Counted from the first letter of the stretch, positions 19,900 through 28,410 are shown. The stretch is DNA of 40,000 nucleotides from Klenkia brasiliensis (GCF_900100695.1 NZ_FNCF01000001.1:362060-402059); one strand, 5' to 3'. Translations and numbers: made by a program. The notes: generated by a model not told the origin, from the sequence alone.

Positions 19900-21125
19900 C
19901 GCTGGTCGAGCACCCGGGCGAGGACGTCGTCGTCGCCGTCGTCGTCCTCGCGGCGGCGGCGCCGGCGGCGACCGCCCAGGGTCGCGCCGGACTCGGCCAG
20001 GATCTCGGTGAGCCGCTGGTGGCCGGCGGTCTCGTAGACGTCCGGCTCGTGCTCGGGCTGCGCGGGCGGCGGCGGGGGCTCCTCGGGGGCGGCCCGCCGG
20101 TGCGGGCGCTCCCCCACCTGCCCGGCCGGCGGGGTCTCGGCGGGCACGTCCCAGAGGCTGCCCGGCGGGCCGGCCACCGGCGCGGGCGCCGCCCCGGGTG
20201 CCGGGGGCCGGTCCTGCCGGGGCGCCGGTGGGGCGGCCGGGGGCAGCACCACCCGGGGCTGCTCCGCGGTGCCGTGCCGGGCCGCGGTCGGACCGTTGGC
20301 CACCCGGTCGTCGCGGCCGGGGCTGGCGTGCCGCGACGGCCCCGCCGCCGGCGGCTCGACCGGCGGCAGCTCCACCGGCGGCGGCTCGACCGGCGGGGGC
20401 TCGACCCGGGCGCGCTCGACCGGCGGCGGCACCGGCGCGGGCTCGTCGGCCCGGACGGCGGGGCCGGGCACCGGCGGCGGCTGCACGCGGGAGACCTCCT
20501 CCGCCGGGCTCGACGGGGCCTCCCAGTCACCCAGCGCGTCGATCGTCCGCGACCCCAGCTCGGGCCGCTCGGCCGGCATCCGGATGGACTGGGTGCGCAT
20601 CACGATGCGCTCGACCAGCATCTCGCCGTCCAGCTGCTCGGTCAGCTCCCGGCGCAGCCGGCCCATGTCCGACCGCAGCTCGCCCAGCTCCAGCAGGCTC
20701 TCCCGCAGCCCGGCCAGCGACGCCAGGTCGGCGCGCAGGCCGTCGAGCTCGGCCCGCATCGACTCCTGGGCCTCGCGGCGCAGCTGGTTCTCCAGCTTCA
20801 GCTCGTACTCCCGGCGGGCGGCGACCTCGCGCTCGAGCTCCAGCGCGTAGGCCTGCTTCAGCTCGGCCTCGCGGCCGGCGGCCAGGGCCTGGTCGGTCCG
20901 CCGCCGGCCGGCCGAGAAGGCGGCGATGACGAACGCCCACGCGACGGCGATCACCGCCAGCCGCAGGTACAGCGCGTTCTCGGTGAGGAACACCGCCAGC
21001 GTCGCGGCGATGGCCAGCGCGAAGCCCAGCACCAGCCCGGTGATGCGCACCACCGGCGACACCCGTGCGGACGTCGTCCGGGCGCGCGGCGCGGCCCCGC
21101 CCTGCTCAGCAGCCCCGTCCGTCAC
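19896..21125 (-). CDS. Membrane protein: 2 TM helices, coiled-coil segment, Pro-rich repeat region, acidic/basic tail (Rv3604c-like, function unknown)
   Basis: 409 aa. Two hydrophobic helices (ITGLVLGFALAIAATLAVFL; LAVIAVAWAFVIAAF), then heptad-like REAELKQAYALELEREVAARREYELKLENQLRREAQESMRAELDGLR, a VEPPP repeat block and a RRRRRRREDDDGDDD tail. GTG start with TACCCT 7 nt upstream. Confidence 0.65.
   Translation of the reverse strand: MTDGAAEQGGAAPRARTTSARVSPVVRITGLVLGFALAIAATLAVFLTENALYLRLAVIAVAWAFVIAAFSAGRRRTDQALAAGREAELKQAYALELEREVAARREYELKLENQLRREAQESMRAELDGLRADLASLAGLRESLLELGELRSDMGRLRRELTEQLDGEMLVERIVMRTQSIRMPAERPELGSRTIDALGDWEAPSSPAEEVSRVQPPPVPGPAVRADEPAPVPPPVERARVEPPPVEPPPVELPPVEPPAAGPSRHASPGRDDRVANGPTAARHGTAEQPRVVLPPAAPPAPRQDRPPAPGAAPAPVAGPPGSLWDVPAETPPAGQVGERPHRRAAPEEPPPPPAQPEHEPDVYETAGHQRLTEILAESGATLGGRRRRRRREDDDGDDDVLARVLDQR
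20350..20424 (-). repeat. Five imperfect tandem copies of a 15-bp unit (coding, VEPPP pentapeptide repeat)
   Basis: Plus-strand units ggcggctcgaccggc / ggcagctccaccggc / ggcggctcgaccggc / gggggctcgacccgg / gcgcgctcgaccggc. They encode ...VERARVEPPPVEPPPVELPPVEPP... in the 19896..21125 gene. Confidence 0.8.
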
Positions 21126-21132
21126 GGGGGGA

Positions 21133-21138
21133 AGGGTA
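21133..21138 (-). promoter_or_regulatory. -10 hexamer TACCCT, 7 nt from GTG 21125 (leaderless architecture)
   Basis: Reverse complement cacTACCCTtccccccGTG; no SD. Confidence 0.4.
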
Positions 21139-21205
21139 GTGGGCGTCCGGTCGCGGGCGGACCGGTCGTCGCGCCGCGCACCGCGACCGCTGGCAGGCTG
21201 CCCCG

Positions 21206-21811
21206 GTGACCCTCTCCCTGCTGGACTGGCGCCGCCGCGTGCACGCCCTCTACGCCGACGCCCGCGCCGCCCAGGACCCCGAGGCCGGGTGGGCCGCCTG
21301 GCGGGCCGGCCGCGACGAGCTGTTCGCCGGGCACCCGGACTCCCCCCTCGCCGAGGCCGCCCGGGCCTCGTTCACCGGTCTCCCGGTCGCGCCCTACGAC
21401 CCGGAGCTGCGCTTCCGCGCCCGCGTCGAGGACGCCCCGCCGCAGCGGCTGGAGCTGCCCACCGCCGACGACGGCGTGGTCGCGCTGGACCGCATCGGCC
21501 GGGTGACCCTGGGCGAGGTCGGCCGGCTGGACGTCTGGTGGCTGGGCGGCTACGGCGGTGGGGTGTTCCTGCCGCTGCGGGACGGGTCGGCCGGCCGCGG
21601 CACCTACGGCGGCGGCCGCTACCTGCTGGACACCGTCAAGGGCGCCGACCTGGGCTCCGGCGACGGGCACCTGGTGGTCGACCTGAACTTCGCCTACCAC
21701 CCCAGCTGCACCTACGACCCGCGCTGGTCGTGCCCGCTGCCGCAGGAGGGCAACCGGGTCGAGGCCGTCGTGGCCGCGGGCGAGCAGCTGCCCGGGGGCG
21801 GCTGGTACTGA
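21206..21811 (+). CDS. DUF1684 domain-containing protein
   Basis: 201 aa. C-terminal pattern GRGTYGGGRYLLD...VVDLNFAYHPSCTYDPRWSCPLPQEGNRVEAVVAAGEQ matches my memory of the DUF1684 consensus (TYGGGRY...DFN.AYNP.CAY...CP.PP.EN.L...I.AGE). Confidence 0.8.
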   Translation: MTLSLLDWRRRVHALYADARAAQDPEAGWAAWRAGRDELFAGHPDSPLAEAARASFTGLPVAPYDPELRFRARVEDAPPQRLELPTADDGVVALDRIGRVTLGEVGRLDVWWLGGYGGGVFLPLRDGSAGRGTYGGGRYLLDTVKGADLGSGDGHLVVDLNFAYHPSCTYDPRWSCPLPQEGNRVEAVVAAGEQLPGGGWY

Positions 21812-21816
21812 GACGA

Positions 21817-21853
21817 CGACGGCCCTCCCCGGGCATCCCGGGGAGGGCCGTCG
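21817..21853. terminator. Bidirectional hairpin between convergent DUF1684 gene and Opu binding-protein gene
   Basis: cgacggccctccccggg-cat-cccggggagggccgtcg: perfect 17-bp stem. Confidence 0.65.
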
Positions 21854-21863
21854 AGCGGGCGGG

Positions 21864-22874
21864 TCAGCCCTGGGCGAGCGACCCGTCGGAGCTGAACACC
21901 AGGCCGATGGAGACGTCGCCGTTGAGGATGGCCTGCTTGGTGAGCGGGCCACCGGCGTCGTACTCGGAGAAGCCGGCGAACTTCAGCCCGTAGGTGTCCT
22001 CGAGGCCCAGCTGGCAGGCCGGGCGGGTCGGGCACTCGGTCGGGCCGCCGAGGGTCAGCGAGCCGTCGCCGCAGGCCTCGGCCAGCTCGGACAGCGTGGT
22101 GACGCCGAGCTGGTCGGCGAAGGCGGTGGTCACCGCGAACGCGTTCTGGTCCTGGGCGTCGGAGGGGTCGCCGTAGGTCACGCCGAACTGCGCGGCCAGC
22201 GGCTCGACGGCGGTGAGCGTCTCCTGCACGTCGCCGGTGGCGACCAGGCTGCCCGAGCCGTTGATGTTCTCGCTGATGAAGTTGGCCGAGGTGGCCAGGT
22301 ACTCCGGGAACACCTGGATCTGGCCCTGGGCCAGCGCCGGCAGGTAGACCTCGCGGTTGCCGGTCTCCTGGACCGTGGCCTGGAAGCCCGCCGCGGTGAG
22401 CGCGTCGGCGTAGACGTTGGCCAGGATGGTCGACTCGCTGAAGTTGCCGGCCCCGACGACGACGGCGCCGCTGCCCCCGGTGACGTCGCCACCGAGCCCG
22501 TTGTCGTCGACGTAGGTCTGCGCCACCTCGGTGGCGTCCTGGCGCTGCACGTCGACCTGGTTGTTCAGCTCGATGAGGTCCTCGGTGGTGAGCACCGCGG
22601 AGACCGAGTTCAGCGCCTCGAGGGCGGCCGGGTTCGCCGAGGCGTAGGCGGCGTTGAGCACCGGCACCACGTTGTCGGCGTTCTGCAGCTCCTTGTCGTC
22701 CTCGAGGACGACGAGCTGGTCGCCGGCGACCGGGGCGCAGGCATCGCCGGAGGCCGCCTCGCCGCCGCCGGCGGACGAGCCGCCGGTGCCGGAGGAGCCG
22801 GACTCACCGCACGCGGCGGTGGCCAGCAGCGTGGCCAGGGCCACGGTGGTGAGCAGGGGTGTGCGCAGGCGCAT
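21864..22874 (-). CDS. Glycine betaine/choline-type (OpuAC family) ABC transporter substrate-binding lipoprotein, circularly permuted
   Basis: 336 aa. Signal peptide plus lipobox LATAAC. Core VVVGAGNFSESTILANVYADALTAAGF...VFPEYL typical of OpuBC/OpuCC/ProX-like binding proteins. The usually C-terminal LVVLEDDK...LTTEDLIELN module is at the N-terminus (see findings). Confidence 0.85.
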   Translation of the reverse strand: MRLRTPLLTTVALATLLATAACGESGSSGTGGSSAGGGEAASGDACAPVAGDQLVVLEDDKELQNADNVVPVLNAAYASANPAALEALNSVSAVLTTEDLIELNNQVDVQRQDATEVAQTYVDDNGLGGDVTGGSGAVVVGAGNFSESTILANVYADALTAAGFQATVQETGNREVYLPALAQGQIQVFPEYLATSANFISENINGSGSLVATGDVQETLTAVEPLAAQFGVTYGDPSDAQDQNAFAVTTAFADQLGVTTLSELAEACGDGSLTLGGPTECPTRPACQLGLEDTYGLKFAGFSEYDAGGPLTKQAILNGDVSIGLVFSSDGSLAQG

Positions 22875-22994
22875 GACGACCCGCCTTCTGTGTCCCGGAC
22901 GGTTGATCCGCCCGCGTGTCTGGCGGGAGGAGTTCCCGCGACGGGCAACTCAACAGTGCTGCACGGTCGCGCGCCAGCCGGCGTTGCCCGTTCG

Positions 22995-23693
22995 TTATGC
23001 GACGGCGGGACGGCGGCGCACCCGGGGCAGCGTGCGCTGACCCGGGGTGAGCAGCCAGGACAGCGCGACGAACACGAGCTCGGTGAGGACGGCGAGCGCG
23101 GCGACGACGATCGCGCCGGCCACGACCTGGCCGTAGTTCTGCTGGCCGAAGCCGAGGTTGATGATCCGGCCGAGCCCGCCGCCGGCGACCAGCGCGGCGA
23201 GGGTGGCGGTGGCCACGACCTGGACGGCGGCCGTCCGGACCCCGGTCATCAGCAGCGGCATCGCCAGCGGCAGCTCGGCGCGGAAGGTGACCTGGCGGCC
23301 GGTCATGCCCATCGCACCCGCGGCCTCGACGACGTCGCGGTCGACCTGCCGGAAGCCGACGTAGGTGTTGGTGAGCACCGGCGGGATCGCGAAGAGGGCC
23401 AGCGCAAGGGTGGTCGCCTGCGGCCCGAACCCGATGGGGGTGACCGCGAAGATCGTCAGGATGGCCAGCGTGGGGACGGCGCGGCCGATGTTGGACAGCG
23501 CGACGGTGAACGCCCCGCCGCGGCCGGTGTGGCCCAGCCAGATGCCCAGCGGCAGCGCCACCAGCAGTGCGAGGGCGACCGCGGCGCCGGAGATCTGCAG
23601 GTGCTGGACCAGCAGGTCCAGGATGCCGCTGCCCGGCCGGGTCCAGTTGAACGGGTCGTTGAGGAAGCGGACGGCGTCGCCGAAGACGTTCAC
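22995..23693 (-). CDS. Opu-type ABC transporter permease
   Basis: C-terminal 232 codons of track ORF 22995..24371, from GTG 23693 (VNVFGDAVRFLNDPFNW...). EAA-like loop VVEAAGAMGMTGRQVTFRAELPLAMP. TAA stop. GTGA overlap with the upstream permease. Confidence 0.85.
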   Translation of the reverse strand: MNVFGDAVRFLNDPFNWTRPGSGILDLLVQHLQISGAAVALALLVALPLGIWLGHTGRGGAFTVALSNIGRAVPTLAILTIFAVTPIGFGPQATTLALALFAIPPVLTNTYVGFRQVDRDVVEAAGAMGMTGRQVTFRAELPLAMPLLMTGVRTAAVQVVATATLAALVAGGGLGRIINLGFGQQNYGQVVAGAIVVAALAVLTELVFVALSWLLTPGQRTLPRVRRRPAVA

Positions 23694-24364
23694 GCGCGCA
23701 CCGTCCGGGTCCAGGGGGTGACCCACCGCCCGGCGAGGGCGATCAGGGCGTCGGCCAGCAGGGCCAGCAGCACGCAGCCCACGGCACCGGTGACGATGGG
23801 CGCGCGGTAGAAGTTGGCGTTGAACCCGCCGGTGATCAGCTGCCCCAACCCGCCCTGGCCGACGATGACGCCGACCGTGACCAGGGCGACGGTGGACACC
23901 GTGGCGATCCGGATGCCGGCGATGAACGAGGGCAGCGCCAGCGGCAGCTCCACCCGCAGCAGCAGCCGGCCGGCGCCGTACCCCATCCCCCGCGCGGCCT
24001 CCACCACGTCGGCCGGCACCGACTGCAGGCCGGCCAGGAAGTTGCGCACCAGGACCACCAGCGAGTAGAGCACCAGGCCGATGAGCACCGTGGTCTCCGA
24101 CAGCCCGGTGAACGGGGCCACGAAGGCGAACATGGCCAGCGACGGGATCGTGTAGACCAGCGTGGACAGGCCCAGGACCGGGCCCGCGAGCCACCGGCTG
24201 CGCCGCGCCACCAGGGCCATCGGCAGCGCGATCACCGACCCGATGACCACCGCCAGGACCGTCAGCCTGACGTGCTGGGCGGCGTAGGCGAGGATGGTGT
24301 CCCAGTTGTCGACCACGTACGACGGGTCGATCCAGGGGTTCGGCGCCGCATCGGCTGCCGACAC
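23690..24364 (-). CDS. Opu-type ABC transporter permease
   Basis: C-terminal part of track ORF 23690..25537. EAA-like loop VVEAARGMGYGAGRLLLRVELPLALP. Start uncertain: in-frame GTGs at 24382, 24364 and 24316, none with a clear SD. Confidence 0.8.
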   Translation of the reverse strand: MSAADAAPNPWIDPSYVVDNWDTILAYAAQHVRLTVLAVVIGSVIALPMALVARRSRWLAGPVLGLSTLVYTIPSLAMFAFVAPFTGLSETTVLIGLVLYSLVVLVRNFLAGLQSVPADVVEAARGMGYGAGRLLLRVELPLALPSFIAGIRIATVSTVALVTVGVIVGQGGLGQLITGGFNANFYRAPIVTGAVGCVLLALLADALIALAGRWVTPWTRTVRA

Positions 24365-24385
24365 CGACCACGAGGAGTCCACCCG

Positions 24386-25594
24386 GTGGAAGCTACTGCC
24401 GCGGAGCCGATCCGGCTGCAAGGGGTCAGCAAGGTCTACCCCGACGGCACGGTGGGGGTGGCCGAGCTCGACCTCACCTTCGCCGCCGGCGAGCTCACCG
24501 TGCTCGTCGGGCCGTCGGGCTGCGGCAAGACGACCACGATGAAGATGATCAACCGGATCATCGAGCCCAGCACCGGGCGGATCCTCATCGGCGACGACGA
24601 CGTGACCAAGCTGCGCCCGCAGAAGCTGCGCCGCCGCATCGGCTACGTCATCCAGAACGTGGGCCTGTTCCCCCACCAGTCCATCCGCACCAACGTGGGC
24701 ACCGTGCCGCGGCTGCTGGGCTGGGACAAGCAGCGCACGAGCGACCGGGTCGAGGAGCTGCTGACCCTCGTCGGGCTGGACCCGGCGGCCTACGGCGACC
24801 GCTACCCCCACCAGCTCTCCGGCGGTCAGCGGCAGCGTGCCGGGGTGGCCCGGGCGCTGGCCGCCGACCCGCCGGTCCTGCTCATGGACGAGCCGTTCTC
24901 CGCCGTCGACCCGGTGGTCCGCGGCCGGCTGCAGGACGAGTTCCTCCGGCTGCAGGAGACCGTCCGCAAGACCATCGTCTTCGTCACCCACGACATCGAG
25001 GAGGCCGTCCGCCTCGGTGACCGGATCGCGGTGATGAGCGAGGGCGGGAAGGTCGAGCAGTTCGCCACCCCGGCGGACCTGCTGGGCGCCCCGGCGAACG
25101 ACTTCGTGGCCGACTTCGTCGGCTCCGACCGCGGCCTCAAGCGCCTGGCGGTCACCGGCATCTCGGTCGAGGACCTCGAGCACCCCCCGGTCGTCGCCCT
25201 CGACGACGGCCTGGGCACCGCCCGCGCGGTCATCGCCCGCTCCGGCGCCAGCTGGGCGGTCGTGGTGGACGCCGCGGGGGTGACCGGGGGCGCCGGCACC
25301 GGCCGGCACCAGGGCACCGGGCTGCCGCTGGGCTGGGTCTCGGCCGACCACGCCGCCGACGCGGCCGCGGGCGGCGCCCGGGTGGTCGGTGACGTGTGGC
25401 GGCCGATGGACGCCTGGGTGCCGCTGGGCTCCTCGCTGCGGGCGGCCTACGCCCGGCTGCTGCAGGTCGACGCCGGCTGGGTGGGCGTGATGGACGGCGA
25501 CAAGCTGGTCGGCGTGCTCACCCCGGCCTCGGTGCACGCGGCGCTGCGGCGCAGCGTGGCCGGTGCCGCCCCGGAGACCGCCGGCGCGCTCTGA
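24386..25594 (+). CDS. Opu/ProV-type ABC transporter ATP-binding protein with C-terminal tandem CBS region
   Basis: GAGGAG (24372-24377) lies 8 nt before GTG 24386. Walker A GPSGCGKTT, signature LSGGQRQR, Walker B LLMDEPFSAVD. A C-terminal ~150 aa CBS-like regulatory extension as in OpuCA/ProV. Confidence 0.9.
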   Translation: MEATAAEPIRLQGVSKVYPDGTVGVAELDLTFAAGELTVLVGPSGCGKTTTMKMINRIIEPSTGRILIGDDDVTKLRPQKLRRRIGYVIQNVGLFPHQSIRTNVGTVPRLLGWDKQRTSDRVEELLTLVGLDPAAYGDRYPHQLSGGQRQRAGVARALAADPPVLLMDEPFSAVDPVVRGRLQDEFLRLQETVRKTIVFVTHDIEEAVRLGDRIAVMSEGGKVEQFATPADLLGAPANDFVADFVGSDRGLKRLAVTGISVEDLEHPPVVALDDGLGTARAVIARSGASWAVVVDAAGVTGGAGTGRHQGTGLPLGWVSADHAADAAAGGARVVGDVWRPMDAWVPLGSSLRAAYARLLQVDAGWVGVMDGDKLVGVLTPASVHAALRRSVAGAAPETAGAL

Positions 25595-25597
25595 GCC

Positions 25598-26095
25598 CTA
25601 CTCGTCGGGCTCGACGCGGCAGGCCTGCTCCAGCCGCAGGGCGCCGGCGACCAGGGCCAGCGAGCAGGCCACCCCGACCCCGGCGGCGACCGCGTCGCCG
25701 GTGGCCGCCGTCAGCCGGCCGAGCTGGCCCAGCGCGTGCACCAGCGCGCCGGCCCACAGACCGGCGAACGCCGCCCCCGCCCAGGCGCTGGCCTGGGCGA
25801 GCACGGCGAGCCGGGCCCCCAGCATCGGCTCGACGGGGTCGACCGACCGCTGACCGGGGGCCAGCGCCGCCGTCTCGCCGGACCGGGCCGCGCGGCGCCG
25901 GTCGCGGTCGGTGGTGAGCCGGCCGCGCAGGGACCGGGCGCCCAGCGCCTCGGCGACGGCGAGCAGGGCCAGCGGCACCGGCTGCCACCAGTGGAAGGCC
26001 GGCAGGGAGCCGTAGAACGCGCGCACCACCAGCCACCCGACCACGGCCAGGCCGACCGCGACCACCGCCAGGTCGCGGCGGGGCACCGGCCTCAT
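25598..26095 (-). CDS. DUF3180-type integral membrane protein (Rv3605c-like)
   Basis: 165 aa with four hydrophobic segments. Conserved position immediately downstream of folK in actinobacteria. Confidence 0.7.
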   Translation of the reverse strand: MRPVPRRDLAVVAVGLAVVGWLVVRAFYGSLPAFHWWQPVPLALLAVAEALGARSLRGRLTTDRDRRRAARSGETAALAPGQRSVDPVEPMLGARLAVLAQASAWAGAAFAGLWAGALVHALGQLGRLTAATGDAVAAGVGVACSLALVAGALRLEQACRVEPDE

Positions 26096-26105
26096 GCGCC
26101 GGCCC

Positions 26106-26609
26106 TCACGCCTGGTGCTCCCACCGCTGCACGGCGGCGACGTCCTCGGCGGGCAGCGCGGCCAGCAGGTCGCGGACCGCGCCGTGGCCGGGCAGCTGCG
26201 CGGCCGGGTCCAGGTCGGCCCACGGCACCAGCACGAAGGCGCGCTCGTGCGCGCGCGGGTGCGGCAGCGTCAGCACCGGGTCGTCGGAGACCACGGGGGT
26301 GCCGTCGTCGGCGGTCACGGTGACCACGTCGACGTCCAGGCTGCGCGGGCCCCAGCGCACCTCGCGGGTGCGCCCGGCGGCCTGCTCCAGCTCGTGCGCC
26401 AGTGCCAGCCAGCCGGCCGCGTCGCGGTCGCCGCGCACGACGGCGACCGCGTTGAGGAACGGCGGCTGCTCGACCGGACCCCACGGCGGGGTCTGGTAGA
26501 GCACCGACCGGGCGACGAGGCCCTCGCCGGACAGGGCGCGCAGCGCGGTGCGCAGGGTGCCGGCCCGGTCGCCCAGGTTGCCCCCCAGCGAGAGGACGGC
26601 GCGGCTCAC
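26106..26609 (-). CDS. folK: 2-amino-4-hydroxy-6-hydroxymethyldihydropteridine diphosphokinase FolK
   Basis: From GTG 26609 (VSRAVLSLGGNLGDR...). YQTPPWG, RWGPRSLDVDV, LPHPRAHERAFVLVPW motifs. GTGA overlap with folB. Confidence 0.9.
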   Translation of the reverse strand: MSRAVLSLGGNLGDRAGTLRTALRALSGEGLVARSVLYQTPPWGPVEQPPFLNAVAVVRGDRDAAGWLALAHELEQAAGRTREVRWGPRSLDVDVVTVTADDGTPVVSDDPVLTLPHPRAHERAFVLVPWADLDPAAQLPGHGAVRDLLAALPAEDVAAVQRWEHQA

Positions 26610-26968
26610 GACCGGGTGCGGCGGATCGAGACGGTGACGTCGTCGAAGGGGACGCCGAGGTCGGCCTCGGGCTTGTGCACGACGATCTGCACGGCGTCGA
26701 CCAGCGGGTCGGCCAGGCACACGTCGGCCAGCCGCTGCGCGAGGGTCTCCAGCAGGTCGACCGGCTCGCCGGTCAGCACCGCGTGCAGCCGCTGGGCCAG
26801 CTCGGCGTAGTTGACGGTCTTCGCGAGGTCGTCGCCGGCCGCGGCGGGCGCGGTGTCGACGTCGAGGACGGCGTCGACGGAGAAGGTCTGGCCCTTCTCG
26901 CGCTCGAAGGCGTACACGCCGTGGTGGGCGTGGGCGGTGAGCCCGCGGACGGCGATCTGGTCAGGCAC
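26606..26968 (-). CDS. folB: Dihydroneopterin aldolase FolB
   Basis: From GTG 26968, preceded by AGGAGG. IAVRGLTAHAHHGVYAFEREKGQTFSVD...TVNYAEL typical of FolB. Overlaps the folP 3' end by 8 nt. Confidence 0.9.
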   Translation of the reverse strand: MPDQIAVRGLTAHAHHGVYAFEREKGQTFSVDAVLDVDTAPAAAGDDLAKTVNYAELAQRLHAVLTGEPVDLLETLAQRLADVCLADPLVDAVQIVVHKPEADLGVPFDDVTVSIRRTRS

Positions 26969-27803
26969 GGGACCTCCTGGCTCGGGCGGCGCGCACGGCG
27001 GCCACGGTACGGACCGCGTCGGCCGACGCCGCGGCGTCGTGCACGCGCACCCCCCACGCACCGGCCTCCGCGGCCAGCACGGTGGTGGCCAGCGTGGCGG
27101 CGTCGCGCCGGTCCGCGGCCCGCGGGGTGCCGTCGTCGTCGGCGAGCAGCCGGCCCAGGAAGGTCTTGCGGGAGGCGCCGACCAGCAACGGCAGGCCCAG
27201 CCCGACCAGCCGGTCCAGGCCGGCCAGCAGCGCCCAGTTGTGCTCGGCGTTCTTGGCGAACCCCAGACCGGGGTCCAGCACCAGCTGAGCGGGGTCCACG
27301 CCGGCGGCGACGACGTCCTCGACCCGGGCGGTGAGCTCGGCGCACACCTCGGTGACCACGTCGCCGTAGCGGGCGGCGGCCTGCATCTCACGGCTGTGCC
27401 CGCGCCAGTGCATGAGCACCCACGGCACGCCGCGCTCGGCCACCAGCGGCGCCATGCCGGCGTCGGCCAGCCCGCCGCTGACGTCGTTGACCAGGCCGGC
27501 CCCGGCGTCCAGGGCGGCGGCGGCGACCTCGGCGCGGGTGGTGTCGATGCTGACCCGCACCCCGGCCGCGGCCAGCTCGGCGACCACCGGCCGGACCCGG
27601 GCCAGCTCCTGCTCGGCGTCGACCCGGTCGGCGCCGGGGCGGGTGGACTCCCCGCCGACGTCCACCCAGTCGGCGCCGGCCGCGTGCATCGCCAGCCCGT
27701 GCGCGACCGCCGACGGGGTGTCGGCGAAGCACCCGCCGTCGGAGAACGAGTCGGGGGTGACGTTCAGGACGCCCATGACCAGGCAGCGCCCGGCGTCGGT
27801 CAC
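26961..27803 (-). CDS. folP: Dihydropteroate synthase FolP
   Basis: [46 protein letters not shown] motifs. GTG 27803 overlaps the folE TGA; ATG 27776 is the alternative start. Confidence 0.9.
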   Translation of the reverse strand: MTDAGRCLVMGVLNVTPDSFSDGGCFADTPSAVAHGLAMHAAGADWVDVGGESTRPGADRVDAEQELARVRPVVAELAAAGVRVSIDTTRAEVAAAALDAGAGLVNDVSGGLADAGMAPLVAERGVPWVLMHWRGHSREMQAAARYGDVVTEVCAELTARVEDVVAAGVDPAQLVLDPGLGFAKNAEHNWALLAGLDRLVGLGLPLLVGASRKTFLGRLLADDDGTPRAADRRDAATLATTVLAAEAGAWGVRVHDAAASADAVRTVAAVRAARARRSRA

Positions 27804-28410
27804 CGCCCGAGGACCAGGCTCAACGCCTCGGCGCGGGTGGCCGCGGACTGCTTGAAGACCCCGCGCACCGCCGACGTCATGGTGCGGCTGCCGGGCTTGC
27901 GCACCCCGCGCATGGCCATGCACAGGTGCTCGGCCTCCACGACCACGATGACCCCGCGCGGGTGCAGCGACTCCACCATCGCGTCGGCGATCTGCTTGGT
28001 CATCCGCTCCTGCACCTGCGGACGGCGGGCGTACACCTCGACCAGCCGCGCCAGCTTGGACAGCCCGGTGACCCGCCCGTCCTGACCCGGGATGTAGCCG
28101 ATGTGCGCCACGCCGTGGAAGGGCACCAGGTGGTGCTCGCAGGTCGAGTACATCGGGATGTCCTTGACCAGCACCAGCTCGTCGTGGTCCTCGTCGAACG
28201 TGGTCGACAGGATCGTCGCCGGGTCCTGCCGGAGGCCGGCGAAGGTCTCGGCGTAGGCCCGGGCGACCCGCGCGGGGGTCTCCCGCAGGCCGGGGCGGTC
28301 GGGGTCCTCCCCCACCGCGAGGAGCAGCTCCCGGACCGCCGCCTCGGCGCGGGCGTGGTCCACGCCGTCCTGGTCGTGCGGCACCGGGTGCGGGTCCACC
28401 GTGTGGTCGA

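Noticed and set aside
20350-20424. Tandem 15-bp repeats as a possible CRISPR or minisatellite
   Set aside because: There are no spacers: the units are contiguous and in frame, and they encode a VEPPP peptide repeat inside a CDS. Not a CRISPR array.
18006-21209. 1067-aa plus-strand ORF spanning the DUF2520, SDR and membrane-protein genes
   Set aside because: Same Arg/Gly/Pro-rich off-frame signature, and it runs antisense or out of frame to three genes with clear family motifs.
22875-22994. c-di-AMP (ydaO/kimA-type) riboswitch upstream of the Opu binding-protein gene
   Set aside because: The spacer is only 120 nt and I could not recognise the conserved ydaO core sequences or its pseudo-two-fold architecture. 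Only generic GC hairpins are present.
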